Source of the DNA: an uncultured Spirochaetales bacterium
GTDB lineage: Bacteria; Spirochaetota; Spirochaetia; Sphaerochaetales; Sphaerochaetaceae
Assembly (NCBI GenBank): GCA_949295125.1
Contig: CASFJV010000052.1
Coordinates: forward strand, 5,686-69,685
Reading direction: 5' to 3'
DNA length: 64,000 nucleotides
The notes under the pieces are model-generated. The model was not told the DNA's origin and ran no database searches. It was given only the letters and a program-made list of their open reading frames with translations. Position 1 is the first letter of the stretch. Every line of letters starts with the position of its first letter. Made by a program: the position numbers and the translations under genes. Positions 8,738 to 18,191 of this stretch are shown one piece after another.

Positions 8738-9298
8738 TTGAACTTCAAAAGCCATATAAAGCTTGCTGGATATCTTCATCCATTCCTCTCTGTAAGGAAG
8801 ATTGCATTCATCTTCGGTTCGGTTGAGCCGGATATCGCGGTATTTACATATCTAAAAGGGACGCTACATGGAAAGAAACTCCATGGGCATGACTGCCATA
8901 ACATGCGCATACGCATAGCTGCCATCACGAAAAAGATAATGGAAGATGGCTTTCTTGGAATCAGGCAGAGCTACAGGCTTGGCAAGCTTACCCATTATAT
9001 TGCCGATTCCTTCACTTTCCCCCATAACGATGCATTCAGGGGGACTATCAATGAACATATGGAATATGAGGATGAGCTTGAGATGGTCCTTGATGGAAGT
9101 TTTATCTGTGACTCAATATCTGTAAGGGCTTCTGATGTCCCTGCTTTCATTGAAAGGATGCATGATGAGTATGTAAAAGCTGAACCTTCTGCAGAAACTG
9201 ATGCCAGCTATATCGTGTCTGTCACATATGCCGCTGTATATGCTTTTGCCGGCCGCAGCTTAAGCATTTCAGCCATGCCGTCTGTGGAAATGCCATGA
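8738..9298 (+). CDS. Zinc-dependent phospholipase C-like family protein (small, cytoplasmic type)
   Basis: TTG start after AGGAGG. His/Asp-rich motifs are GSVEPD, HGHDCH and LTHYIADSFTFPHN. The assignment is tentative. Confidence 0.5.
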   Translation: MNFKSHIKLAGYLHPFLSVRKIAFIFGSVEPDIAVFTYLKGTLHGKKLHGHDCHNMRIRIAAITKKIMEDGFLGIRQSYRLGKLTHYIADSFTFPHNDAFRGTINEHMEYEDELEMVLDGSFICDSISVRASDVPAFIERMHDEYVKAEPSAETDASYIVSVTYAAVYAFAGRSLSISAMPSVEMP

Positions 9299-9864
9299 GA
9301 AAGCTGTTAATGATCATTGGGATCATCTTACTCTCTGCATTGTGCATTCTTGCCTACAGATCCGGAATCCTTACAGATAAGGATAAGATGGTGAGTTTTG
9401 TGAGCGGGGCAGGGATCTTTGGGCCAGCCCTTTTCATTCTCATTCAGGTAATCCAGGTTGTGATACCAATCTTTCCCGGAGGCGTGAGCTGCCTTGCCGG
9501 CGTCCTCCTCTTCGGATCAGTTCTTGGTTTCATCCTGAATTATGTGGGCATCTGCATAGGTTCGGTCATCCTGTTTTTTATCGCAAGGCGTTATGGCCGC
9601 CCTTTCATAGAAAGAACATTCAGCGCGGGCCTGATGGCAAAGTATGACAGGGTAATCTCTGAAAACAGGGGATTTGAGAGGTTTTTTGCTCTCGCTATTT
9701 TCTTCCCGTTTGCCCCGGATGATTTCCTCTGTGCACTTGCTGGCACTACTGATATGAGCATTTTTCACTTTGCCTTAATCATAATCCTTGGCAAGCCCCT
9801 TTCCATACTGCTTTACAGCTTATTTCTTGAAACAGGCTGGAAATTCATTTTTCAAGGAGCATAG
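9295..9864 (+). CDS. TVP38/TMEM64 (DedA-related) membrane protein
   Basis: 189 aa, multi-TM, with the characteristic VIPIFPGGVSCLAGVLLFG...ARRYGRPFIE segment. The start overlaps the upstream stop. Confidence 0.8.
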   Translation: MRKLLMIIGIILLSALCILAYRSGILTDKDKMVSFVSGAGIFGPALFILIQVIQVVIPIFPGGVSCLAGVLLFGSVLGFILNYVGICIGSVILFFIARRYGRPFIERTFSAGLMAKYDRVISENRGFERFFALAIFFPFAPDDFLCALAGTTDMSIFHFALIIILGKPLSILLYSLFLETGWKFIFQGA

Positions 9865-9865
9865 A

Positions 9866-10867
9866 ATGTCTGTATTCATATATCGTGGAGGCTTGAACCT
9901 CGTATTCAGAAGCGGGGTTGGCCAGGCTATCCTGCACCAGGAGAAAGCTCTTGGAAAGGCAGGAATTGACACAACAGCAAAACCGGATGGAAGCACTTCC
10001 ATAATACATATCAACACACTCTTCCCAGATTCCCTGGCCATGCTCCTGAGAGCCAGGATGCATAAGTGGAAGGTTGTATATTTTGCGCATTCGACGATGG
10101 AGGATTTCAAGAGGTCCTTTCCTCTTTCCACACTTCTTGCGCCATTATTCTGCCGTTACCTCAGATTCTGCCTGAACAGGGCGGACATAGTAATCACGCC
10201 GACAGGATATTCTAAAAGGCTTCTGCTGAAATACGGGGTGAAGAGGCCTGTCTATCCGCTTTCAAATGGTGTTGATACCTCCTTTTTCCAGAAAGACAGG
10301 GAAAAAGGTGAAGCATTCAGGAGGAAATACGGATTTGGAAAAGAAGATAAGGTTGTAATCTCTGTTGCACTCCCGATAGAAAGGAAGGGGATACTCGAAT
10401 TCATTGAAATTGCAAGGAAGATGGAAGACGTGCATTTCATCTGGTTTGGATCATTAAGCAGTTTCCTTATCCCGGCTAAAGTGAAAAAGGCCATGAGGAG
10501 AGCGCCGCAAAATGTCACCTTTGCAGGCTATGTGAGCCAGGATGAGCTCATAGGAGCGTATTCTGGAGCTGACTGTTTCCTTTTCATGAGCCATGAGGAA
10601 ACTGAAGGGATTGTTGTCCTTGAAGCCCTCTCTTCCGGAATTCCGGCAGTGCTGCGCAGCATTCCGGCATATTCCGCATTAAGCGAAGGGGAAAGGTATC
10701 CGTACTTCTTTTCAGATGGGAAGGAGTGCATGGACCTTTTGGAAAAGATCCTTTATGAAGGAAATCCCAATGATGCCTCATTTGAGGTTGATATCGCAAG
10801 AAAGAGGGATATCTCAGAGATCGGGAAGGCTTACAGGAAGATATATCAGGAATGCCAGTTTATCTGA
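9866..10867 (+). CDS. GT4-family glycosyltransferase (glycolipid synthase-like)
   Basis: ATG at 9866 after AAGGAG at 9853-9858. The C-terminal GT-B motif is SHEETEGIVVLEALSSGIP (E-X7-E). Confidence 0.8.
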   Translation: MSVFIYRGGLNLVFRSGVGQAILHQEKALGKAGIDTTAKPDGSTSIIHINTLFPDSLAMLLRARMHKWKVVYFAHSTMEDFKRSFPLSTLLAPLFCRYLRFCLNRADIVITPTGYSKRLLLKYGVKRPVYPLSNGVDTSFFQKDREKGEAFRRKYGFGKEDKVVISVALPIERKGILEFIEIARKMEDVHFIWFGSLSSFLIPAKVKKAMRRAPQNVTFAGYVSQDELIGAYSGADCFLFMSHEETEGIVVLEALSSGIPAVLRSIPAYSALSEGERYPYFFSDGKECMDLLEKILYEGNPNDASFEVDIARKRDISEIGKAYRKIYQECQFI

Positions 10868-10934
10868 TGTTTAAAGTTTTTATAAACACATTTAATTGCA
10901 AAGTGTGATCATAGGTGAAAGGAAAAGAATAGAT

Positions 10935-12101
10935 ATGAAGGTACTTATTACAACTGACTGGTTTTCTTCTGCTGTAAATGGTGTTGTTTCCTCCCTCCTG
11001 GCCCTTGAAAAAGGGCTTAAGGAGAGAGGGCATGAAGTAAGGATCCTTACACTGTCAGAAAATGGTGAATCATATATTGATGGCAATGTTTATTTCCAGG
11101 CATCACACAGCTGCAGCTTCATATATGCAAAAGCAAGGTATTCGGTAAGGCTTGACCGCTCAATCCTCAGTGACATAGTTTCATGGCATCCCGATGTCAT
11201 ACACTCACAGTGTGAGTTCAGCACCTTCAGGATGGCAAAGAAGATAGCAGGAAAGTGTTCATGCCCGATCGTGCATACCTTCCATACTGATTATGAGAGG
11301 TATGTGCGCTATTGCCATATCCCTGATTCCCTTTCGAAGATGATTTCCGGAATGCTTTTCAGGTATGCTTCATCCGGCTCTTCTCTCCTGATTGCCCCAT
11401 CGAAAAAGACAGCAGCGCAGGCAGAGGGGTATGCAATAGGGAAGACGTGCTTCATAATCCCGTCTGCAATCGATACTGAAAGGTTTTACGGATGCACCGA
11501 TTCTTCTGTAAGGGAGAAATATGGGATAAAAGAGGATGTCCGCCTCCTTCTGTTCCTGGGGCGGGTTGCAGAAGAGAAGAACATAGATGAGCTTCTCAGG
11601 TTCTCATCATCACTCCTAGGCAGCAATGTAAAGTTCATGATAGCAGGCGATGGCCCTGCCATGATGGAAGTCAGGGAGCTTGTCTCATCCCTTGGCATCG
11701 AGGATCATGTGATATTCACAGGCATGGTGAATCCTTCTGATGTTCCCAAATACTACCATGCAGCAGATGTCTTTCTCTCTGCATCCACAAGCGAGACACA
11801 GGGGCTTTGCGTTTATGAGGCTCTCTCATCATCACTGCCTGTAATATGCCGCAAGGATCCGGCGATGGATGGCGTGATTGAAGACGGATTTGATGGCTAT
11901 CAGTATGAAGATGAATCAGGATTCAGGAAAGCTCTTGCTGATGTGCTGCATGATTCAGGAAAACTTGACCGGATGAGGATGAACTGCCGTAATCTGTCAC
12001 TCAGGTTCTCTATCCCTGTTTTTGCAGAAAGGGCAGAGAAGGCCTATAAAACGGCCTTGAGAGGGCAGGATGGCATAAAGGGGATGGTTCATGCTTTATG
12101 A
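10935..12101 (+). CDS. GT4-family glycosyltransferase (diacylglycerol glycosyltransferase-like)
   Basis: Starts MKVLITTDWFSSAVNGVVSS. The E-X7-E region is ASTSETQGLCVYEALSSSLP. It sits second in a tandem GT4 pair. Confidence 0.8.
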   Translation: MKVLITTDWFSSAVNGVVSSLLALEKGLKERGHEVRILTLSENGESYIDGNVYFQASHSCSFIYAKARYSVRLDRSILSDIVSWHPDVIHSQCEFSTFRMAKKIAGKCSCPIVHTFHTDYERYVRYCHIPDSLSKMISGMLFRYASSGSSLLIAPSKKTAAQAEGYAIGKTCFIIPSAIDTERFYGCTDSSVREKYGIKEDVRLLLFLGRVAEEKNIDELLRFSSSLLGSNVKFMIAGDGPAMMEVRELVSSLGIEDHVIFTGMVNPSDVPKYYHAADVFLSASTSETQGLCVYEALSSSLPVICRKDPAMDGVIEDGFDGYQYEDESGFRKALADVLHDSGKLDRMRMNCRNLSLRFSIPVFAERAEKAYKTALRGQDGIKGMVHAL

Positions 12102-12633
12102 GCTGCGTTTCCTTGAGACGCTTCATTCCGCATTCTCATCCCCATTGCTTGACAGGATATTTGTTTTCATTTCGTTTCTCGGCAATGGCGGAATGGTATG
12201 GATCCTTTTAAGCATTGCGCTTCTCTCTTCCAGGAAGACACGGAGGATAGGCCTTGTCACGGCACTGTCACTGATTATTGAGGTCATCCTATGCTCCCTT
12301 TTAAAGATGGCATTTGCCCGTCCAAGGCCATTTGTCATAGACAGGTCGGTGCAATTGCTCATAGATCCTCCCCTGGATTACTCTTTCCCATCCGGCCACA
12401 GCGCATCATCTTTTGCTGCTCTATGGTCAGTGAGGAAAGGTGGGTGCAGGATATTCATTCCATCCCTTATACTGGCCTGCCTTATTGCCTTTTCACGCCT
12501 TTACCTTTTTGTGCACTATCCGAGTGATGTGGCAGCAGGAATCATTCTTGGCATATTATGTTCCCTTGCAGCAGAAGCATCTGTGGCATTCATTCTGCCC
12601 AGGATAGGGAGACTGAGGGACATAATGGACTGA
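12091..12633 (+). CDS. PAP2-family lipid phosphatase
   Basis: PAP2 motifs KMAFARPRP, PSGHS and SRLYLFVHYPSDV in a multi-TM protein. It overlaps the GT4 stop by 11 nt. Confidence 0.85.
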   Translation: MLYELRFLETLHSAFSSPLLDRIFVFISFLGNGGMVWILLSIALLSSRKTRRIGLVTALSLIIEVILCSLLKMAFARPRPFVIDRSVQLLIDPPLDYSFPSGHSASSFAALWSVRKGGCRIFIPSLILACLIAFSRLYLFVHYPSDVAAGIILGILCSLAAEASVAFILPRIGRLRDIMD

Positions 12634-12728
12634 AACTATGCCGTCAAAGGCCCTGCCATTTCTATTGACTGCTTTCTCTCAATATGATTTACCTATAGCT
12701 GGAAAATGACTTGGAAAGGAGATTTGAT

Positions 12729-13220
12729 ATGTTCCGGAAGATGAGAAGAAATGCGCAGATGATGAGTGATGAGGAAGCAAAGCTCGCACTGAGGAGAGCC
12801 AGTCATGGAACGCTTGCACTCTCAGGGGATGATGGATACCCGTATTCGCTTCCCATAAGCTATGTGTATTCAGAAGAGGATGGGGCAGTATATTTCCATT
12901 CAGCTCTTTCCGGGCATAAGATAGACGCAGTGAAGAATTCGGATAAGGCCTCTTTTTCCGTGGTTGCGATGGATGAGGTGCTTCCTGAAGAATACACTAC
13001 TGTATATAAGAGCGTGATAGTCTTTGGGAGAATATCAATTGTATCTGATGAGAGTGAAAAGCATCATGCCCTCATTGAGATAGCAAAACGCTATGCGCCA
13101 TCTGAGAGCAGAAAGAGCATGGAGAAGGCCGTAAGTGATTTCTGGCCTGCTGTGAATGTCCTGAAGCTCTCTGTGGAGCATATCAGCGGAAAGAAAGCAA
13201 AAGAGCTTATCGGGAAGTGA
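12729..13220 (+). CDS. Pyridoxamine 5'-phosphate oxidase-family (Nim-like) FMN-binding protein
   Basis: The ATG at 12729 follows AAGGAG. HGTLALSGDDGYPYSLPISYVY...VYFHSALSGHKIDAVK is the typical split-barrel pattern. Confidence 0.75.
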   Translation: MFRKMRRNAQMMSDEEAKLALRRASHGTLALSGDDGYPYSLPISYVYSEEDGAVYFHSALSGHKIDAVKNSDKASFSVVAMDEVLPEEYTTVYKSVIVFGRISIVSDESEKHHALIEIAKRYAPSESRKSMEKAVSDFWPAVNVLKLSVEHISGKKAKELIGK

Positions 13221-13223
13221 AAG

Positions 13224-13775
13224 CTAGATAAGAGGCGAGAGCAGTCCTAAGACACCTGCAGAGGCGATTATCAGGATGGGGCTTGGCCTGAATAGGCGCA
13301 GGACAATCAGGGCAACTGCCATGATTGCAAGGTTCAGGCAGTTCAGGTTCCCTTCCAGACCTTCACCATTGAAAAGGGCCATGTTGCCAAGGCTGATGCA
13401 TGCTGTTGCTATCATGGCAACGACTGCCGGACGGAGGGATTTCAGGATGCTGTCCACTGCTTTCAGCCCTTTATACCTGTAGTAGACGAATGCGAGCAGG
13501 GTAACGATGACTGATGATGGGATTATGCAGCCAAGCGTTGCTGCAAGCGCTCCACAGATTCCTCCGGTTTTCATTCCAACAAATGTGGCGCTGTTTATTG
13601 TAATAGGCCCCGGAGTCATTTCAGATATTGTCATTATGTCTGCAAATTCTTCCATGCTCAGCCATGAATGAACTTCAACTGCCTGATGCTCGATAAGAGG
13701 CATGGCAGCATAGCCTCCTCCGATAGAGAAGAGCCCTACCTGGATGAACGCCCATATGAGCTGAAGGTAAATCAT
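13224..13775 (-). CDS. Chromate transporter (ChrA) family protein, short form
   Basis: 183 aa, hydrophobic, with the FSIGGGYAAMPLI motif. It is translationally coupled to the upstream paralog. Confidence 0.8.
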   Translation of the reverse strand: MIYLQLIWAFIQVGLFSIGGGYAAMPLIEHQAVEVHSWLSMEEFADIMTISEMTPGPITINSATFVGMKTGGICGALAATLGCIIPSSVIVTLLAFVYYRYKGLKAVDSILKSLRPAVVAMIATACISLGNMALFNGEGLEGNLNCLNLAIMAVALIVLRLFRPSPILIIASAGVLGLLSPLI

Positions 13776-14338
13776 GCTCTTTCCCTCCTCTTGTCCATTT
13801 CATATTCTGCAAATCCAGTTAAGCCGGCAATGAGGACCAGCAGCATGATATTTATGTCAAAAACCTCAAGAAGGATGAATGATATGAAAAGCATCAGGAT
13901 TGGAAGCATCCTTTTCCTCTTCATGATATCCCAGGCCATGGAGATTACGACATCCAGGACTACTGCAGCAACGCCTGCAGACATTCCCTTCATGGCAAGG
14001 GCTACGTACCTGTTATCCCTGAATGCTTCATAGAACAGGGATATCACCGATATTATGGCAAAGGGCGGTATTATGGTTCCAAGTATGCTTATCAGCGCAC
14101 CTTTGATGCCTGCAACCTTGTATCCTGTCAGGATTGATGCGTTTACCGCAATCGCTCCGGGGGATGACTGCGCAATAGCAGTCAGGTCAAGCATTTCATT
14201 CTCATCTATCCATTTCAGCTTATTGACGAAAGTATCGCGCATCAGCGGTATTATTACGAAGCCTCCACCAAAAGTGAATGCGCTTATCTCAAGTGTTGTC
14301 AGGAAAAGCCTCAGCAGCTTATGTCGTTCATTATCCAT
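13772..14338 (-). CDS. Chromate transporter (ChrA) family protein, short form
   Basis: 188 aa with the FTFGGGFVIIPLM motif. It forms the usual two-gene short-ChrA pair. Confidence 0.8.
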   Translation of the reverse strand: MDNERHKLLRLFLTTLEISAFTFGGGFVIIPLMRDTFVNKLKWIDENEMLDLTAIAQSSPGAIAVNASILTGYKVAGIKGALISILGTIIPPFAIISVISLFYEAFRDNRYVALAMKGMSAGVAAVVLDVVISMAWDIMKRKRMLPILMLFISFILLEVFDINIMLLVLIAGLTGFAEYEMDKRRERA

Positions 14339-14427
14339 ATAAAGAGGGTATTACAATCAGGCATTCCATGTTAATAACAAAAAGCAGGAAGTTGCCCTGC
14401 CCTGATCCATTTCCTATAATTACAGCT

Positions 14428-15522
14428 ATGAGACTGCTAATAATTAATCCTGGTTCAACATCCACGAAGATCAGTGTTTTTGAAGATGAGAGGAACATAT
14501 TCACAGAGAGTGTCTTCCATGATGCTCCAGAGCTTCTTGCATTCCCTTCAACAAATGATCAGCTGCCAATGAGGAAGAGTGTGACGCTCTTTCTTCTAAA
14601 AAAATACGGAATTCCCGCAGATACCATCGACGTCTTTGTAGGAAGGGGAGGCTGTGCATACAGCCAGAGGGAAGGTGTGATGCCGATTGATGAGCGCCTC
14701 TACCAGGACACCAAAGATGATAAGGGCGGAAGTGATCACCCGGCAAAACTGGGAGTGATGATGGCATATGACTTTGCCCGTGAATTCAATAAGCCTGCAT
14801 TCACGCTTAACCCTACCAATGTTGATGAGTTCATAGATGAGGCCAGGATCACGGGCATCAAAGGGGTCTACAGGAGAGCACAGTCCCATGTCCTGAACCA
14901 GAAAGGGATTGCCAGGCTTCATGCTGCAAAGATCGGCAGGAAGTATGAAGAGTGCAGCTTCATAGTTTCCCACATTGATGGCGGAATCACAATCGCAGCC
15001 CATAAGAATGGCCGCATGATAGATGGAACGGAAGGGGCTGGGGGAGATGGGCCTTTCACTCCGACAAGGCTTGGAAGCATACCTCTCATGGAAACTGCTA
15101 AATTCCTGGAGAGTCATGAACCGGCAGAACTTGAGGCAATGTGCTCACGCTCCGGCGGTTTTGTGAGCCATTTTGGAACAAGCAACGCTGACATCATCCA
15201 TAAAATGGCAGAAGACGGGGATGAGCATGCATCCATTGTATGGCGAACCATGATTTACCAGATATCAAAATCAATTGGTGCAATGGCTGCAGTCCTGGAT
15301 GGAAAGGTTGATGGCATACTCCTTACTGGCGGCCTTGTCCGCTTTTCCAGTATAGTGGAAGGCATTAAGGGAAAATGCTCCTGGATTGCTCCGGTTTCTG
15401 TCTATAAGGGGGAAGTTGAGCAGGAGGAACTCTGCTTTGAGGTTCTGAAGGTCATGAGAGGGGAAAAGAAGGCAAATGCATATACTGGAGAGCCTGTTTT
15501 CAAAGGCTATCCATGGGATTAG
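14428..15522 (+). CDS. buk: Butyrate kinase
   Basis: Starts MRLLIINPGSTSTKISVFEDE. ASKHA-fold motifs HIDGGITIAAH and GILLTGGL are present. The 50 upstream ORF-track codons are antisense overlap with chrA. Confidence 0.85.
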   Translation: MRLLIINPGSTSTKISVFEDERNIFTESVFHDAPELLAFPSTNDQLPMRKSVTLFLLKKYGIPADTIDVFVGRGGCAYSQREGVMPIDERLYQDTKDDKGGSDHPAKLGVMMAYDFAREFNKPAFTLNPTNVDEFIDEARITGIKGVYRRAQSHVLNQKGIARLHAAKIGRKYEECSFIVSHIDGGITIAAHKNGRMIDGTEGAGGDGPFTPTRLGSIPLMETAKFLESHEPAELEAMCSRSGGFVSHFGTSNADIIHKMAEDGDEHASIVWRTMIYQISKSIGAMAAVLDGKVDGILLTGGLVRFSSIVEGIKGKCSWIAPVSVYKGEVEQEELCFEVLKVMRGEKKANAYTGEPVFKGYPWD

Positions 15523-15923
15523 CTTTCTTTTTTGAATATGAAAAGCCTTCCAGCAAGATAATTGCAGATGCCGACGGCAAGGTTTGAAATGAATTTCCAG
15601 AGTGTATGGTTAAGGCTGAGGACATCCACCGATACATACATGATGGCAACATCAAGCACTCCACTTAGAGCCCTGCAGAGATAGAAATAGAGCAGATGAT
15701 GGAATACTGAGTGACGGCTCTTCTTCCCTTTTTCCCTGAATACGATGCACTTGTTCGTGAAGAATGCGAATGTAACGGCCAAAAACCATGAGAGAGCAAC
15801 AGAAACCGTATTCACGATTCCAATGCGCACATAAAAGAGCTCATAGCTGAGCATGTTCACGCATGTAGCAAGAAAACCGAAGATGCAGTAGACAAGGAAA
15901 GATTTATGCCTGGCTAGATTCAT
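15519..15923 (-). CDS. GtrA-family membrane protein
   Basis: 134 aa, four TM segments, GtrA-like layout. Its stop overlaps the buk stop. Confidence 0.7.
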   Translation of the reverse strand: MNLARHKSFLVYCIFGFLATCVNMLSYELFYVRIGIVNTVSVALSWFLAVTFAFFTNKCIVFREKGKKSRHSVFHHLLYFYLCRALSGVLDVAIMYVSVDVLSLNHTLWKFISNLAVGICNYLAGRLFIFKKES

Positions 15924-16001
15924 TAGTAAATGATATCTCTTTCCCCAGTTTATGAACAGTTTATTTTTGAGCGCTATAGCGGTATCATAAGGACAGATAG
16001 T

Positions 16002-16871
16002 ATGTGGATAGTTTTTGCTCTGCTTTCATCAGTATTTGCAGGCCTTACCGCAATCCTTGCAAAAGCAGGTATAAAGAGGGCGGATTCGAATCTTGCAACT
16101 GCCATAAGGACCATAGTCGTACTTGCATTTTCATTTTTAATGTGCCTTGTCTCCGGATCCAAGCTGCCTGAAAATGGAATAGGGGGAATGACCCTTTTAT
16201 TCCTGATTCTTTCAGGGCTTTCTACGGGAGCCTCATGGCTATGCTATTTCAAAGCGCTTTCGATTGGGGATGCGGGAAAGGTTGCTGTCGTGGACAAGTC
16301 AAGCACGGTTATTGCCATGATCCTCTCTTTCATCATATTCAGCGAGCCCTTCACTGTATTGAGTGCCCTTGCTGTCATTGCTGTGGGTGCTGGCACCTAT
16401 CTTATGGTGGATAAGAAAGGAAAAGGGGAAAAAAGTGGCAGGTCATGGCTCATATATGCACTTCTCTCTGCACTGTTTGCAAGCCTCACAACAATACTTG
16501 GAAAGATCGGGGTCAGCGGGATTGACTCCAATATCGGGAGCACGGTAAGGACTGCCGTTGTCCTTGTAATGGCATGGCTTGTTGTTTTCATCCAGAAGAA
16601 AGAGAGCGGACTGAGGCAGATGGATAGGAGGGAGCTTCTGTTCATAATCATTTCAGGCATAGCCACTGGAGCTTCATGGCTCTGCTACTACAGGTCACTC
16701 AAGGACGGGCTTGCCAGTGTCGTGATATCAATAGACAGGCTCAGTGTGTTCTTCACCGTGCTTTTCTCTTATATCATCTTCAGGGAAAAGCAGAACAGGA
16801 GATCCCTCCTGGGGCTTCTATGCCTGGTGGCGGGCACCATCATGCTTCTTGTGCCGGTTGCCAAGGGCTAG
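16002..16871 (+). CDS. EamA/DMT-family transporter
   Basis: Ten predicted TM helices in two EamA repeats (GLTAILAKAGI and SLTTILGKIGV). I prefer the ATG at 16002. Confidence 0.8.
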   Translation: MWIVFALLSSVFAGLTAILAKAGIKRADSNLATAIRTIVVLAFSFLMCLVSGSKLPENGIGGMTLLFLILSGLSTGASWLCYFKALSIGDAGKVAVVDKSSTVIAMILSFIIFSEPFTVLSALAVIAVGAGTYLMVDKKGKGEKSGRSWLIYALLSALFASLTTILGKIGVSGIDSNIGSTVRTAVVLVMAWLVVFIQKKESGLRQMDRRELLFIIISGIATGASWLCYYRSLKDGLASVVISIDRLSVFFTVLFSYIIFREKQNRRSLLGLLCLVAGTIMLLVPVAKG

Positions 16872-17291
16872 CACTGTCATGTCCCTGATCACAATTCCAT
16901 CTTCTATGATGGGGTTGGGATAATTCAGGCTGAAGAAATCTTTAAGGGTCCGCTCATACCTGAAGCCGAACCTTTCATAGAACCTGATATTCCTCTCTCC
17001 TGAAGTTCCTACGGTTACCTTTTTGCCCTCAAGCAGGTTAAGGATATATTCCATCATCCTTGTGCCATAGCCTTTCCCCCTTTTTTCACTGAGCGTTGCT
17101 ATGTTCTTTATCTCGGCAGTTTCTTCATCAAGGGTGAGCACGACTGCAGCCGTGATGGCCACTCCGTCCTCAAAAAGAGCGTACATCGATCCTTTTTGAA
17201 GGTACTTAAGGATCATTGGAAGGTACTCATCCCCTTCAAGCAGTAGATGCATATACTTGTGTTTTTCCTCATCCGGTACAACAGTGATCAT
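16818..17291 (-). CDS. GNAT-family N-acetyltransferase
   Basis: Acetyl-CoA motif KRGKGYGTRMMEYIL followed by FYERFGF. I prefer the ATG at 17291 (MITVVPDEEK). The longer ORF-track form runs antisense into the methyltransferase gene. Confidence 0.75.
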   Translation of the reverse strand: MITVVPDEEKHKYMHLLLEGDEYLPMILKYLQKGSMYALFEDGVAITAAVVLTLDEETAEIKNIATLSEKRGKGYGTRMMEYILNLLEGKKVTVGTSGERNIRFYERFGFRYERTLKDFFSLNYPNPIIEDGIVIRDMTVLALGNRHKKHDGARHQA

Positions 17292-17312
17292 GAATCCATT
17301 ATAATCAGTATC

Positions 17313-18038
17313 ATGAATACTTACGATGACGAAAACTTCTTTTGCTCGTATATTGAGCTCAGGAGCGGGGCTAACTACAATGATCTTATCGAAACTCCGG
17401 CGATGCTGGATCTTATAGGTGATGTCAGAGGAAAGAGCATCCTTGATATCGGATGCGGCTTTGGCATGACTGATGAGAAGCTTGCAGGAATAGGAGCAGC
17501 ACATATTCTCGGGATTGACATTTCATCAAGAATGATAGCAAAGGCCATGAAGAAGCATAAGAGGGAAAATATAGAGTACAGGGTAATGGATGCTGATGAC
17601 ATTTCCTCCATACCCTCAAAGTTCGATCTTGTGATCTCATCCCTTGCATTCCATTACATTAAGGACCTTGATAAGCTTCTAAGGGATATCAGGGAGAGGC
17701 TGAATGAAAAGGGGCTGCTCATATTCTCCTCAGAGCACCCCCTTTCCACTGCAGACTATAATGGCTTCTACAGCCAGGATGCCGATGGAACTTGGAATGG
17801 CTATACGTTTTCCTCTTACGGAATGGAAGGAAAGAGGGATTCAGAATGGTTTGGAGCTGAAGTCACTACTTATCACAGGATGTTCTCAAGTATTGTAAAC
17901 GCCATTTCTGATTCAGGCTTTGTGCTGAAAAGGGTTGCCGAACCGCTTCCGGGAGAAGAAGAGGTGAAGGTGATTCCCCGCCTTTTGCGGGAACGCCATA
18001 AGCCATCGTTCATCATTTTCAAGACTGAGGCAGTATGA
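17313..18038 (+). CDS. Class I SAM-dependent methyltransferase
   Basis: Starts MNTYDDENFF. Motif I is ILDIGCGFG. Typical length (241 aa). Confidence 0.8.
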   Translation: MNTYDDENFFCSYIELRSGANYNDLIETPAMLDLIGDVRGKSILDIGCGFGMTDEKLAGIGAAHILGIDISSRMIAKAMKKHKRENIEYRVMDADDISSIPSKFDLVISSLAFHYIKDLDKLLRDIRERLNEKGLLIFSSEHPLSTADYNGFYSQDADGTWNGYTFSSYGMEGKRDSEWFGAEVTTYHRMFSSIVNAISDSGFVLKRVAEPLPGEEEVKVIPRLLRERHKPSFIIFKTEAV

Positions 18039-18191
18039 TAGCCCATTAAGAAGGCCTGAAATGCCTGTTTCTGATTAATTAAAAAGGGGCAAGGGCCGCA
18101 GTTCCTGCCATTTTTTTTCCACGTCACTAAAGGAGAGGCCGGAGCACATTACGCAATTGCACTAAGCAGTCCTTTGAGTTATCCTTAAGCC

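Noticed and set aside
13224-14338. Two short ChrA genes, as a possible split pseudogene
   Set aside because: Paired short-form ChrA genes (about 180-190 aa each, overlapping start and stop) are a well-known natural arrangement. Both ORFs are intact and each has its own GGG(F/Y) motif.
14278-14427. 50-codon N-terminal extension of butyrate kinase in the ORF track
   Set aside because: The extension overlaps the chrA gene on the other strand and is not kinase-like. The canonical MRLLIINPGSTSTK start lies at 14428.
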